Below are positions 37,428 through 50,150 of a DNA stretch of 64,000 bases, piece after piece. Origin of the DNA: Epiperipatus broadwayi (Eukaryota; Animalia; Onychophora); contig JAQFVV010000003.1 of NCBI GenBank assembly GCA_028023455.1, forward strand, positions 9,548,001 through 9,612,000, read 5' to 3'. Positions within the stretch are counted from its first letter, which is position 1. Each line of letters opens with the position of its first letter. The notes beneath the pieces were generated by a model, which saw only the letters and a list, made by a program, of their open reading frames with translations, was not told the DNA's origin and searched no databases. The position numbers and the translations under genes were made by a program.

Positions 37428-40400
37428 CTAAGTTCTGAGAGTTCTTATGAGTGGTTTAGTAGGCCAGCATGTTTGTTGTTCTGTTGTTATAAGTGGGAAG
37501 GGTGAATAGGTTCCAGGTGTCCTCAAAGGATTTTTTGGGAGAGATGCTTTCCTGATTTTCTTTATTGTTTCACAGAATAACAGATCTGGGTCTAGGCAGG
37601 GCAGTTCCATTATCAATTTGCAACGTACTACCCAGATTGCATAGAGAATGAAAATGGATAGTCTAATAATAGCAAATGTTCCGGTGTGGATCGCTTTTAT
37701 GGGCAAGAGAATTAGGTCCGGTCTGATATTGGAGTTGGTGATGACTATATCTCGGACTGTTTTAAGGTTTGGACAGCAATATATGAAGTGCTCAATGGTT
37801 TCCTCTTCATGAGAACATAAACTGCAGGTTGGATCAATGTTGGAGTTACCTCTTCGGTAAAATAGGAACCAATTTGTGGGAATCATGCTAAGGTTAATTT
37901 TGATGATGAAGTCCAGATACTTGGGCTCCAGACACCATCTTTTAAAGTGGGTAATTAATTTTTGGTTTGTGAGGTTGAGGCTACTTTCGGGAGGTTATGG
38001 ATGTGGGTTGATTAGGTGGTATGCATCCCACAAGGTGATTTTAACATTGAGATTGGTGTCCATGATTGGTTTGTATTGACTTAGAAGATTGATAAGGGAT
38101 GATATCCATGGCATTTTCTCTGGTGGGGGTCGATCTGTTGAGGAAATCTTTTCGGTGATGTTGTTATATCCAAAGGAATGTATCAAATTATGTAGCGTAT
38201 TGTGTGTTTTTTGGAGGATGGCTGCTTGAATATAGTGGAAAGACAAGCCATTGAACCTGTGAGGCAGCTGGATTTTTCAGAGGCTGATGGCCACAGTCTT
38301 CCCTCTCCAGAAGAGTTTGGTGCATAGGCTATTAATCTTGTTCTGAAACTGTTTGGTTAGTTTGATGAAGGGCAGGTAATATGTAATTTTTGGTAATATT
38401 GTCATATTCAGGAGGCCTACCTTTCCATATAATGAGAGATAGACTCTAGAGAGAGATAGACTCTAGAGAGAGATGTGGTGATGTGCTCTGTTGTTTGGAG
38501 GATATTGTTCTGTATTTCTCTGGCCATTGCCATTGATGATTTGAAGATGGGACACCCCAAGAATCTTTGTGGTTTGTCAGTATAGGTAGATGGTATTTGT
38601 TTTCCTGACTTTATCTGCCAGATAGCTGATTTGTTGTGATTTATTTGTAAATGATATTTTGCAGAATATCGATTTAAAATGGATTGTAGTTGGGGAAGGT
38701 ATTTTATGGTAGGTAGAACAATCATGATGTCATCTATGTAGGCAAATGAGTTGAGGTGTTTATTGATGGATGGAATGAATATGCCCGGTAGATTTTTTTC
38801 CAATATCCATCAGTAGAGGATTTATGTATGCTGTGAAGCATAGAGCACTGAGGGGGGAACCTTGAGGGAGAGATTTAAAAGGTTTGAAGCCTGGGGTGAG
38901 CTTGCCATCCAGTGAGACAAAGATTTCTCTGTTGCTTAATAGATTACTGATTATTTGTATAATGGTGACTGGAACATCATACTCAGCCAGCAGATTCAGC
39001 AGGATGTCTATGTGCACTGAATCAAAAGCCGCAGTGATATCCAGCTGGACAGCAATGGGTTTAGATTTCTTTTGTATTCTGATATAATCAATGAGAGCCA
39101 TAACATTAGCCATAGCATGTGAGGTGGAGGAGCCTTTTTCCCCATATTGATTAGGAGAAATGTGTTTAAGGACTATAGGTTGAATTTGATCCTTGATGAC
39201 TGACTCCATTATCTTGATCAGCAATGGGGTCATGGAGATTGATCGAATACTGGTTAGATCAGTGAGTGGTTTTTGTTTTTTCAAAAAAGGCACTAGTGCC
39301 ACCGGATACAGATCAGCTATATTTCTGAGCCCAGTAGCTAAGTGTTCAATCATTTTGACCATGATGGGAATCGTAAACTGACTAAGGTGGTTTAAAAGGA
39401 ACTTAGGGATGCCATATAGACCTGGATGAATGCTATCTGGGAGAGACATAAGTTTTCTTTTAAGTAGAGCTTCTGTAATGCCATGCTTGCCTGGATTCCC
39501 AGCTTCCAGCCAGTCTGGTTCAGAAGGAGGACCATCTGCTTGCATAAGTTGTTGATGATGCTGACTGATGAGTAACATCATAGGATAACCTACGAGTGTG
39601 TTGCTGTTATTGGTAATTGATGATGGGGTAACTTGTTGTCTATTTGTCCTGAGAGCCCATCTGAGGTACCTTCTTGTCCAACAATGTTGTTGAGACAAAA
39701 AGAATTTAGACCTCCTGATGGATATATATTCTGCAAGTGATTTTTGTTTAATACGGTAAAGGTTTTTAAGTCATAAGATGACTTCTATATTGGAAGGATT
39801 CTGTTGCACCATTTGTAGTTGATTTTCAATGTCTGTGAGGTCTCTGAGTAGGCTATTTGGGCCTTTAATTTTCCTGGTGTGATGGTTTAGAATGGATTGG
39901 AGAATATTGATATATGTGAACCAGGCTTCTTCAGCTGGAAGGGAAAGGATGTTGATCTTTTGGAAATAAATATAGGCCTCTGAAACTATGGCTTCTGTCA
40001 TGCTGGACTTTGTGACCATACGCATAGTTCTTCTGTGCCCCGCAGTAGGCACTGGAGCCACAATAGCTTCTAGATGGATAACTAGTGCCATATGATCTGA
40101 GAAAGAGACAGAAACCAAAGCTGCATCAATATAAAAGTGGAGGTCTGGTGTATAATATATCAGGTCAATCAGGGATCTTCGAGTTCTGGTGTAAAAGGAA
40201 AAGGCACCTGGGGCAAAGAAGCCCTCTCTGCACATCAGTCTTTGATTTAAGTGATGGATGAATCTAGTGTTAAAGTTTTGATATGTGGTGTTGAAATCTC
40301 CCAAGAGGATTGTCAGACTGGTTCTGTTTCTGATGATGGCATTTAGCATATGGATTATGTTGTAATATTGAGTTGTGTCATTGGCCATGTACACATAGGC

Positions 40401-40723
40401 AATGATAATAGGGTAGCCCCAGTAGTCAATCTCAATGATAACCATGTTGTTGTCTAACAGCAGAAGATTAAAACTATTTGGAGGGTATTGCATTATTAAC
40501 TAGGATGCCAACTCCTCCAGAAGCCGAGGAGCCAATAGAAAATCTGGTATAACCTGATGACGAAAGCAGTGCTAGGATTTTGTGATCAGTGTTCTGATGG
40601 TATTTAGTCTCTCCCATTAGGAATATATGTGGGGAGTTTAGGGCAATCCAATTTTTAATAGCATAGGCTCTACCCAAATGAGTTGATGCCACTAACATTG
40701 ACTCCAGTGATTTTACAGTTCAT
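37428..40723 (-). pseudogene. ORF2: AP endonuclease - reverse transcriptase - CCHC finger (disrupted)
   Basis: MNCKITGVNVSGIN, LMGETK, LLGDFN, SDH; PGKHGI, LDITAAFDSV, LPQGSPLS, AYIDD; LSLYGKVGLLNMTILPKITYYL...LFWRGK (L1/Tx1-type); CSLCSHEEETIEHF..CP. About 7 stops/frameshifts, including a 17-bp tandem duplication at ~38424-38464. Confidence 0.92.
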
Positions 40724-40735
40724 AACAATCTAGTT

Positions 40736-43189
40736 TTATGTCTCTTCAACCAGAAGCTCTGAGTCAGTGGACGACTCATCCCAACCAATGTCATCTGGGT
40801 CTTCTGCAGCATCCACTTTGTCAGAGGGCACCTGAGAAAGTGAGGAAAAGGTCAGTAGAAATTCTTGGCAGTCGTTTAAAATTGAAGTGGGGGTATAATT
40901 TATTGGGGTGTCTTCCACTGGTTTCAGGGGATTGGATGCTGGAGGATCCATAGTTTTCCTCTTCTTTTCAGAAGATTTGAGATGTTTAACTGGGGTTAGA
41001 TCTGTTGTTTGATTGTTGGAGGGAGGTTGTAAATCATTTGGAGGTTGAGCGTTCTCTTCATCTGAGCTGGAGTTGTCTGAGAGGACCGACTTTCTTTTAT
41101 GTATCTTATTAGTTTGATTTGCAATTGCAGATATATCTATAGTGATTTGATGTTTTGCTTTCGATTTACCATCTGTTTTAGGTTTTTTTACTGTCGAAAG
41201 TCTTTGCGAGTTGTTATTTTCCTGATTTTCATTGAGCTCTGAGCAATGCTCTGATGGTGGTGAGCGTTGGGTAGCTTGAGACTTATTGTCCATTATACAG
41301 TTTATGTTTGCAGACTCTTCTTTATTGTTATTTTGGGTTTGCAGGGATGTTTTGTGAGTAGTCTACTGATTGTTTTGATTGCCTTTTTTGGACACAAAAG
41401 GAACCAATGGACCTAACTTTTGTGATAACAAAGAGATTTTTTGCTGGATGGTGGATTTGGGTTTTATAGTGGTATAGTTGCTATCTTCAAGGTCTATTGG
41501 GTTTGAGAGATCCTTGCCTTCCTCTGTGTCTAGGTCAGTTTCATTAAGATGAGTGATGACCTTATGAACCTGTTGTGTGAGATTTTGGTCAACAAGATCA
41601 TCCCAGAGGTTTGTGTCAACTTCTATCTCTATTTGTTCTTGAGTAGTATTGGTTTGTAATGATGTATTGGTGATTGTGATATTTGAAGATGTCTTTTCAG
41701 GTTTGTTTGGAATTTTTGTTGAGGTTTGGGTGATATGGACCTGAGTAGAGTCATTGTTTGCAGTAGGATTAGGTGTTGCTTGATTGATGTGAGTTGATGT
41801 AAGCCCTGGATTGCTAGATTTCCCACTGCAAGTATGTATTGTTTTTTTAAGGCCACAATAGTTGCAAATTCGAGCGGTGCAATCTTTTATGAGATGTGAC
41901 CTTTGGAGGCAATAGAAACATTGGGGCCGTACCCCTCGAAATGATAAAACCAATGGAGAACCTCTGGTGGTTATGATGGTGGGGATATCAGTGGGGGAGA
42001 TGTTTTTCTTTAGGGTGAATAAAAATGTCACAGTGTTAGACAAGATTTGATCTTCAAGATGTGGATTATTCAGATAATTGAACTTGTTAATATTGCCATA
42101 GTTGATAAGTATATTTTGCAATTCCTGTTCAGTGAAATTTTCAAGACAGTTATTGATTTTTCAGGATAGTGTAGCTGGTCTGTTCATGTCAATGTAGCAC
42201 AATATATGATTCCCCAATGCTTTGAAGTTAGATCTAAAATTCATTCTGTCCGCCCAGGTTTTGAACTCAATGCCCACATAATGGTCGTTAGGATGGGTTA
42301 GAATCTTGTGAATTCCTTTTCCAAGTTGCTGCTGGTTGATGAGGGCATAAAGTTGAGCCATGGGAAACTTGAAGAGAGAACAATTTTGATTTGTAATCGC
42401 TAGTATTAGCGATTTGTCATTATAGTAGTTTAAGAATGACTTATAAAGAATGTTTGGTATGGTTTTATTGAAATTGTTAGTGATCGTTTGGTATATTTCT
42501 TCATTTAGATTATTGATATCTATTGTATCGTAATCAGAAGTGCTATAGTTAAGTTCTGAGTGCTGTTCTACCTCATAATCTGTTAGATCTAAAAGGAGTT
42601 CACATGAATTAGCTACTGTAACATTTTCGGAATTATTTACGGTTTTTCTTGAACCCACAGCGTTAGCATACGATAATGTTTTTTTTTAATTTGCCGATTG
42701 CAAGAGGTTTTTTTCATTGGAGTTAGATAAATTTGTTATTATATCATCTGTAGGGTAATTAGTATTATGTAATTGAGTGTGTATATCTTTGAGATTATGT
42801 TGCAGTTGTTTAAAATTTATTTTAAAATTTCTCTGTCCACCATTAGAAGCATTTTTACTGGCCCCTAGCGGATTAGAGAAGTTTTCACTATAATTGTTTT
42901 GACGGTTATTCTTATTTGTCACTACGTAATTATTTTCTCTTTTGTTTGAAGCGTTAGAATATTGAAGACTGGGATTACATTTCATGAATATATCCTTAGC
43001 AGAAATCTGTGAGCAGATATGGGTATTGATATGTTTTTCTGCGTTTTTTGTGGTGTTATTTGCAGTTTGACCGCAGGCTATTTGGCCGTTTGTACTAGAA
43101 TTTGGGTCGTAATTATTATTTTTTGAAGCTTTTTGGATATTAAATGATGTTGAAGGATCATTATTATGCAGTGAAAGAGTTCGGACCAT
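40736..43189 (-). pseudogene. ORF1 (~820 aa): Asn-rich N-terminus, SYANAV motif, RRM-like region, two zinc knuckles, disordered tail
   Basis: ORF-track pieces 42686-43201, 42161-42658, 41363-42121 and 40736-41293 join with two in-frame stops (42686, 41363) and one frameshift (~42165). CFYCLQRSHLIKDC and CNYCGLKKTIHTC are present. Confidence 0.85.
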
Positions 43190-43943
43190 TTGGGTTGACA
43201 ATCTTTGCCATTTGAATTTAATAATGAGCCCAAAACATCGTGAGAATTGTCCGCTGTATTTGCTTTATTTTCAAATGTTAGAGTTTGTTTACTTTGACTA
43301 TAATTAATGTAATTGATTCACTCTCCATTGTAACTAAAGGAAAGTTAAAGGCTTACCTAACGGTTGGAGCTCAAGATTAGAGCTTCCACTCCCTTTCTTT
43401 TCTCATGGATTAAAAATTAGTTTGAGCTTCTAATGGATGATCAGAACTGGTCAAGACCGGAAGCACCAACCTACAAGCAAATTGTTATTGTCTGATTAAC
43501 TAGAATGCTGATAATCAAAACTTGAATTGTTCAATTTTTTTTTCAAGATTTACAACCGGAAGGATGGATGATAACAGTTTTTGCTAAAAATAAAAATGTG
43601 AAACCTGCCGTTTAACTAATTTATTATCAGATATTATTCCTTACTGAAAGAAATCCATTAATTTTTATGAATGATTGTAGCCAAAAAAAAAATGTTGTGG
43701 TTTGGAAAATATCGATACACATACACTTATCAAAACAATCCATCATGAACTTCAGAAACAGAACATTTATAGTCAAACTGTCATTACAAAGACATTATTT
43801 TTCAATGATAATGGTATGAAGTATAAGCGATTGTAGCATGAAAGTAGGAAATGGTCACTGGATAACCAAAAACATCTCAAGATCAGATAAAGAATCATTT
43901 ACAATTTGTCTAATTTCTGGAATAAGAAATATATTGTAGTCAA

Positions 43944-44014
43944 GTGTTCGTGACCTAGCGGTTAGCATAGCTACCTTCCAAGCAGTTGGCCTGGTTCGCT
44001 TCCCAATCAAAGCA
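43944..44014 (+). pseudogene. tRNA-Gly(TCC)-derived pseudogene / SINE-like retrocopy
   Basis: GTTAGCATAGCTACCTTCCAAGCAGTTGG...TTCGCTTCCC; TCC anticodon at 43977-79; acceptor stem broken; flanked by an ATAAGAAA...TATATTGTA duplication. Confidence 0.75.
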
Positions 44015-45180
44015 TTTGATATAAGAAAAATATATATATATATATATTGTAATATTTTAATAGGAAATAAATAAAAATTCAGTAACCGATTGGAATGTTG
44101 GTGGTTTTAATATTCATAATAATAATGATCAAAATAATAGTAATAAGTAAACAAATCAAAAGAAAGCACATAGAGGAAGATGAATTACCTATACACCAAT
44201 TTCCTTAAGTGAGTAAGTATATATGCATATGTTTTTTGTCCACTAGATATTCATAATAAAATTAATCAAGACATAAGCATACTTCTCGAATGCTAATAAC
44301 AATTTCTTCTATTTAGCACCCTAATATTCTAAACTACTAATGTTGGCACTAGCTATCACTTTAGTTAACATAAAAATACCCACTTTACTTGCAATCTTTA
44401 TATTAAACTAAGGTTTTATAATGACGACCACAAATTATTTCTTTTGCATATGTATTCCAGTTTCTAGCTCAATGATTTCATACTAATATTTAATAAACTA
44501 ATAAAAAATCAATCATTATTTGATAAATATATAATAAATATGTCTGGGATCTAACAATAATTTTATTACACAGAATCAAATTAATTGATAGACACAAGAA
44601 TTTATAATTTATAAATATATAAAAGAATTGTAATTAATTTTAGTAAGGTCAATTTCATTTATTAAAATTACTTTTAAATTTGGTTCACTTTCTACTATGC
44701 ATTTATTTTGTTTTAAAGAATTTTTTACAGTAATCTTTTGTGAGATCACTCCACTACATACGCTCTTTGGATTTAAACACTTAATGAATATTCTCTTTTC
44801 CAAACATAAGATAAAGTCTTTTGAAAAGATAGAATGAATCACTCTATGTAATGGAGTGACTTCTAATTATTATTATTACAGTTTAAAAACATAGTGCTAT
44901 ATAAATAAATAACTCGTTACGTATGAGTAATCTTTTTAATTTATTTTAATTATGTATATATATGATATTGAGTAAACTAAATGAGTCTGTCTGCAAAGGA
45001 TAAACTAAATTGGCACATTATAAATTGTAATCTATTTTTGTTTATACACATGTCTATGTTGATTTGATGTCTACTGTGAATGCATGTATTAAGTAGTAAT
45101 GTATTCATATATATATTACTTTTATAAATCCCCACATATACAATCTAATGAAATTTTTTTTATATAATTCCTTTAATTTT

Positions 45181-45220
45181 CTAACAGTTTCGACTGTCAT
45201 GCCATCTTCATCAGAGCTAC
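45181..45220 (-). ncRNA. Decayed hammerhead-like motif, probable isolated PLE tail
   Basis: Minus strand CT-CTGATGA-A-GATGG(CATGA)CAGTC-GAAA-CTGTT-AG; stem II imperfect. Confidence 0.4.
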
Positions 45221-46470
45221 AACATTAAACATATAATCATGTAATCATTATTCTATATACATATAAAAATATTATAAGATTAAACCTAATTAAATAAAAG
45301 AAATTTTGTTCTATTTTAAATGAATTAATAACACAATTAAATCAAACATCAGTAAAATTTTAATGAAGTACTGGTAAGTTTATCTAATTAGGGGAATTGT
45401 TAAAGTTTGAATAGAATTTTGTTTGTTTTAGAAATACTTGAACTTAGCAATATGACTTTTTTCAATTTTTTTTCTGATTTACTCAGTTCTTTTCTGTTTT
45501 AAAGTTAAATTATTTTTTTGCTTAAATAATTGATAAATTGTGATATTAATTAATAATGTTTCAGTTGTCAAATTTTGTTGTAGGTGGCAACATGATAACT
45601 ATCTTTGAAAATACTTGAATTAATTCCTTGGTCCTGGTGTTTTTTAATTTTTCTGTAGTTTTGATTTTAAAATGACTTTGCTCTGCTCTCTATTGCAAAT
45701 CTTCTGCAACTACATACATTTAATTAATAATTTAGATTATCTTGTAGTTATTTTAAATGTATATTTATTTATTTATTTAGAATTCATGATCTTGCAAAAA
45801 TATTTCCATTCTTTTTTTTTTTAAAAATTAATTAAGTAATTCAAATATTTATGTATACATGCTATTAAAGCATATTTTAACAATATATAAATAAATTGCT
45901 TAAAATAAATCTATAAAACAAACTTTTGTCTCACAAATCACTAATATATTAGTAGAATGTTGATGATGTGCACATTGACATTATACTATTTTCGTTATGA
46001 TAAAATTAGATACCATAATGCATTCAGAGATATCATCAACCAAAATAATAATCTTCTCATTCATGTAATTCAAAGCCTAAAGTTGAATTGAAGAAAATGA
46101 ATGATGTTTCACAGTTTCTATTATTGCCTCCAGTTTTATGATGTACTATTATTGAATCTTTGTGTGTCATTTTTAAAAATGTTTGAGAGATCGTTATTCC
46201 ATTTGGATACCTCATGTGAACTTAAGGCTATATTTCATAAGAAATTGTTTAATATTTTTATAGATATTGTTTAAGTATTATATAATTTTATCTAAGATAG
46301 AATATAAATATATATACTGTATTTAAAGTGAACATATATGACACCATACTTTATTAAAAGGAAACTTAATGTGTTAAATATTATATGCAATATATTTCTT
46401 AGCTTATAAAATAAATTAAATAATTTTAATATTATTAGTACATTTACTTTTATTGGTTGTCTTTTTTCAG

Positions 46471-46529
46471 GTTCATGCTGAAGATGACCTTCTACAGTTG
46501 GTGGCAAGATGCATATGCGGAACATGATG
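46471..46529 (+). CDS. CACNA2D: alpha2/delta exon e (FMLKMTFYSWWQDAYAEHD), spanning the likely alpha2/delta cleavage region
   Basis: cttttttcag|...|gtaaaa; first G completes TG|G (Trp) from exon d; ends phase 1. Confidence 0.92.
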
Positions 46530-46616
46530 GTAAAATTTATTAATCATAGATAAAATAATTGTCATGTATTTTTCAAAAATCAAAAAAAGTTTTAATACTT
46601 ATATTATAAATTAAAG

Positions 46617-46782
46617 GACCTATTAGTGATGGAAGTCAAAAACCTAAAAATACAACTGAACATCTAGGGGAACCAACCGACTGGTATCCCTGTGATATGG
46701 AATTTAATAGCTATCTACTAGAAACAGATAGAAATGAATTACCATATTATTTTAAAATAGAAGTTTGTGACAGCTGTAATAA
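46617..46782 (+). CDS. CACNA2D: alpha2/delta exon f (GPISDG...WYPCDMEFNSY...EVCDSCN-K)
   Basis: ttaaag|...|gtaagt; 166 nt, phase 1 to phase 2; PCD..(Y/F) and CxxC motifs of the delta subunit. Confidence 0.93.
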
Positions 46783-47440
46783 GTAAGTATTATTATATAT
46801 AAGTTTTTCTATTTTTAGCGTAAACTTTAGTTATTATTTTTAATGTTTTTTTTGTCTTTGGGAATGTTTTTTTTTAGTAATAAATACGAGGTAAAATGAA
46901 TGCATTGATACTGTCTTACACATGATCTTATTTGAAAATAATAAAATAAAAGTATACACTTTTCTTTTTTTTTCTTTATGCTTATTCTAATATTAAATTA
47001 TAATGTTTTGACTGTGCTGAATAATTAGCATCACTGTTACAAAGTTTGAATATTTTAAAAATTTAATCAAATTTGTGCAATAACTTCTGAACTTTCGCAT
47101 GTATAGTTGTTGATTTTTTAGATTTATTGTAGTTTTTTTTAAAATTATAATTTCTATTATTTAAATTTAGATTATTGATTTCTAATATAAATGAATAATG
47201 CTAATACATTCTTCTATGCAATTAGTACAATGAAAATTCAATCTTTTATTTTATCCAAACTTTCAAATAAATAGGCAACAGTTTCAATTGTTCAACAATA
47301 CTTTAGAGCTTTTATGTAAGCCTCACTTATGGAAATTAGGATTTAAGTAAACAATCCATAACATATACAAAATGTGAAAGCTTTTTAAAAATGTAATATA
47401 GTTTTGTGTGTTCATTGCTGTGTGAATATACCTTATAATA

Positions 47441-47926
47441 TAGGGGTGGGAAAATAGTGGCCCAAGGGCCACATGCGGTGCACTAAGAGTTTTTATGCAG
47501 CCCTCCAAGACAATCAGAAAAATCCACCTTGAACTGAGATTTCCTTCCCATGCGCAACTGAAGATCCGTCTCGTATTTTCCACTAGGATGGCCACATCAA
47601 TACATATGCGCAGTGTAGATATGATGTGCAGTGCTTTTTCAGTTGATCTGGTTAATTTCAATTTTGTCTTTGTATTAGCAAATATATACATTTTCAACTT
47701 TAGTGAAACCATGAATCCACCGAAAAAATGTAAAATCGGTGATGAATGTCGTGTGTTTAATGAAGAATGGACAAACAAATATTTCTTTGGTAATACAGAA
47801 TATAAAGTAGTGTGTTTATTGTGTTATGAAAAAAAGGTGCGGCCCTTCATTTCCACAAAATGGCCCCCGATGCAGCCCTTTTCCATCCTCTGCAGGCCCC
47901 TGAGTCAAAACAATTGACCACCCCTG
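47441..47926 (+). mobile_element. hAT deletion derivative retaining a SPIN/Charlie-type transposase N-terminus
   Basis: TIRs TAGGGGTGGGAAA / TTGACCACCCCTG; exact 8-bp TSD TTATAATA; internal MNPPKKCKIGDECRVFNEEWTNKYFF...VCLLCYEK. Confidence 0.92.
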
Positions 47927-49824
47927 TTATAATATATTGAATTACTTATTTACTTTTGTCCCCAAAATATTTTCATATTCCACACCACTGACAATGGTAA
48001 ACATATACTTGAAGAAATAATTTGACTTAATTTAATATTCAACATATTAAAAAATTCATGGAATGAATTATTTATATAAGAAGAAGACTGTCTGTATCAT
48101 TTCAATGTAAATAAATCTGCTTTTTAAAAAAAATGTTAAATGAAAATCACCTAGTTAGAATATAATATTTTCTTTTTATATGATTATGAACAAAATTTAT
48201 TTTAATTTGATTCTGTTATCTGAATATTTTTTATTTTTATTCTGTTGCAAATTTAGCAATCTCATACTGACTTTTTTTGTTTAATCAAATAGTTTAGTAA
48301 AATGCTTGACAGCTTCCACATAAAATATTATTAATACACATCATTTAAAAAGTTCTAAGTAAAATTCATCAAAACTTTTAATAAAATAAATAATTACAAG
48401 GTCAATTGCTTAGGAAGTCAAGTGATATTTGAGAACTAAAATGTCAAAATCATTCCCAAAGTTTAATCAAATAACTAAACTGGGGTTTTTTTTTTTTTTT
48501 ACTTACTGCATCTAAAAATTGATTTTCTCTAGAATCTTAATACTGAGTCATCATTATTATAAATAATTTTTACTATATATATTTTTTAAAAGTAATGCAA
48601 ATGTAGGTGTGTAAATTGGATTTTAAAAAAGGCAGGTTAAAAAAATATTGCTGCTTTTGGACTGTGGTGCTGGCAATGACTTTTGAGAATTCCATGTATA
48701 TCAAGAAAAATAAGTAAATAGATGCTTAATCTCATTCTCTATGAACTTTCACTTGAAGTCCAAGTGACAAATTGACTGTATCATGAGACAGTTCAATTCT
48801 TAAAAAAGTGAATAATGCTTTGAGAAATTGATTGTAAAAGAAAAAGAGGTGTTGAATTTTATCATTACTATAATGAACTTGCCTCTATGTAAACTGAAAA
48901 GTTAAAACATATGATAGAAATGCTAATTATATAATCAGAAATTATAATAATTCTTCAAATGATAAATTTATTTTTATATTTCTAATAAAAAAAGATCAAA
49001 GTAGACATTTTGTGTATCATAAAAAATAGGACTTTTGTTAAATAATGAATTGAACATGGAGCTACTTTTTTAATACTAACTAAAATCACAGTATACATTA
49101 CATCAAAATATATTTAAGTAACAAATAAAATATCAAAAAATCCAATAAAATGAACTTGAAACTTATAAGAAATTTACAAGGAATGAAAATAATATGCAGC
49201 CTGATGGATTCTAATTTCTGGATTAAATATCTATGATTTTGATCTTACAGAATAATCACATAATGTTGAATTTAAAAAAAAATTAAATGTAAAATACAAA
49301 CAAGCACTGTATTATCTCTACTTTTATGATAAATTAATTATTTGGTAAATAGATAAAGATAATTCTTAATTAACTGTACTAAAAAAGTAATTTTTTAAAA
49401 AAAAAGTATGCAGACTTTATGATTAAAAATTATGATTAATTCATGCAATGAAATCAATATAATTCAACCTTTCATTATTTATTAATATTAAAAAATTACT
49501 AAATATTCATTGAAATTTTCCTTAGTTTATTTTAATGAATACTAATGATCTTCAACTTTTAAATTTATAAATTATAATACAGGCAATGAGTAAAATCATT
49601 GGGTACCAAGTGGCAATGCAGCCACATAAGAATAAAAAGTAACTGACTGGAGAACTGAATAAACCCTGCATTTTTCTGTCATCATTAATTAGAAACCAGT
49701 AATAGTGATTGAATAGTATTATTGTTTAATATATTTATATTATACCTTCTTAAGAAAAAGAATATTACTAGTATAACAATTTAGTATATAATTCTATATA
49801 TTGTAACAATCACTCACTTCCCCT

Positions 49825-50150
49825 TTGATCATGGAGGGCACCACCAGATCACTGCATATCTGCAAATTGTGTAAGGAAGGTATAGAAAATATTAGGCATC
49901 TGTTGATTGAATGTAAACGCTTGAAAGCAGAAAAGGTACAGATAATGAAGTTATGGGAGAATAGGTATGGACAAAGTGACTATATAGAAAGTGAGTTATT
50001 AGTTTTTATGCTGGGTTTGTGAAAAGATAAGGGGGATTTAGATATAAAGGCCATAGAGTTGACAAAGATTATGTTGTGGAAATGGGATGGGGCAGAATAT
50101 GGGAAGACTTAGAGTGGGGAATGGAAAATAAAGTGGCTAACAGGTTTATC
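49825..50150 (+). mobile_element. 3' fragment of a non-LTR retrotransposon ORF2 (CCHC finger)
   Basis: ICKLCKEGIENIRHLLIECKRL...W. Further heavily decayed retro-like sequence may extend to ~51.9 kb. Confidence 0.65.

Larger units (their letters stand above)
37311..43471 (-). mobile_element. Full-length L1/Tx1-type non-LTR retrotransposon (~6.16 kb)
   Basis: Two long ORFs (see below), ~280-nt 5' UTR, exact 15-bp flanking duplication TACAAGCAAATTGTT (37296-37310, 43472-43486), no poly(A), 43-bp tandem duplication at the 3' end. Confidence 0.93.

Noticed and set aside
47323-47917. Overlapping 151-aa (-) and 140-aa (+) ORFs as host genes
   Set aside because: Both lie on the hAT MITE; only the transposase N-terminal peptide is meaningful.
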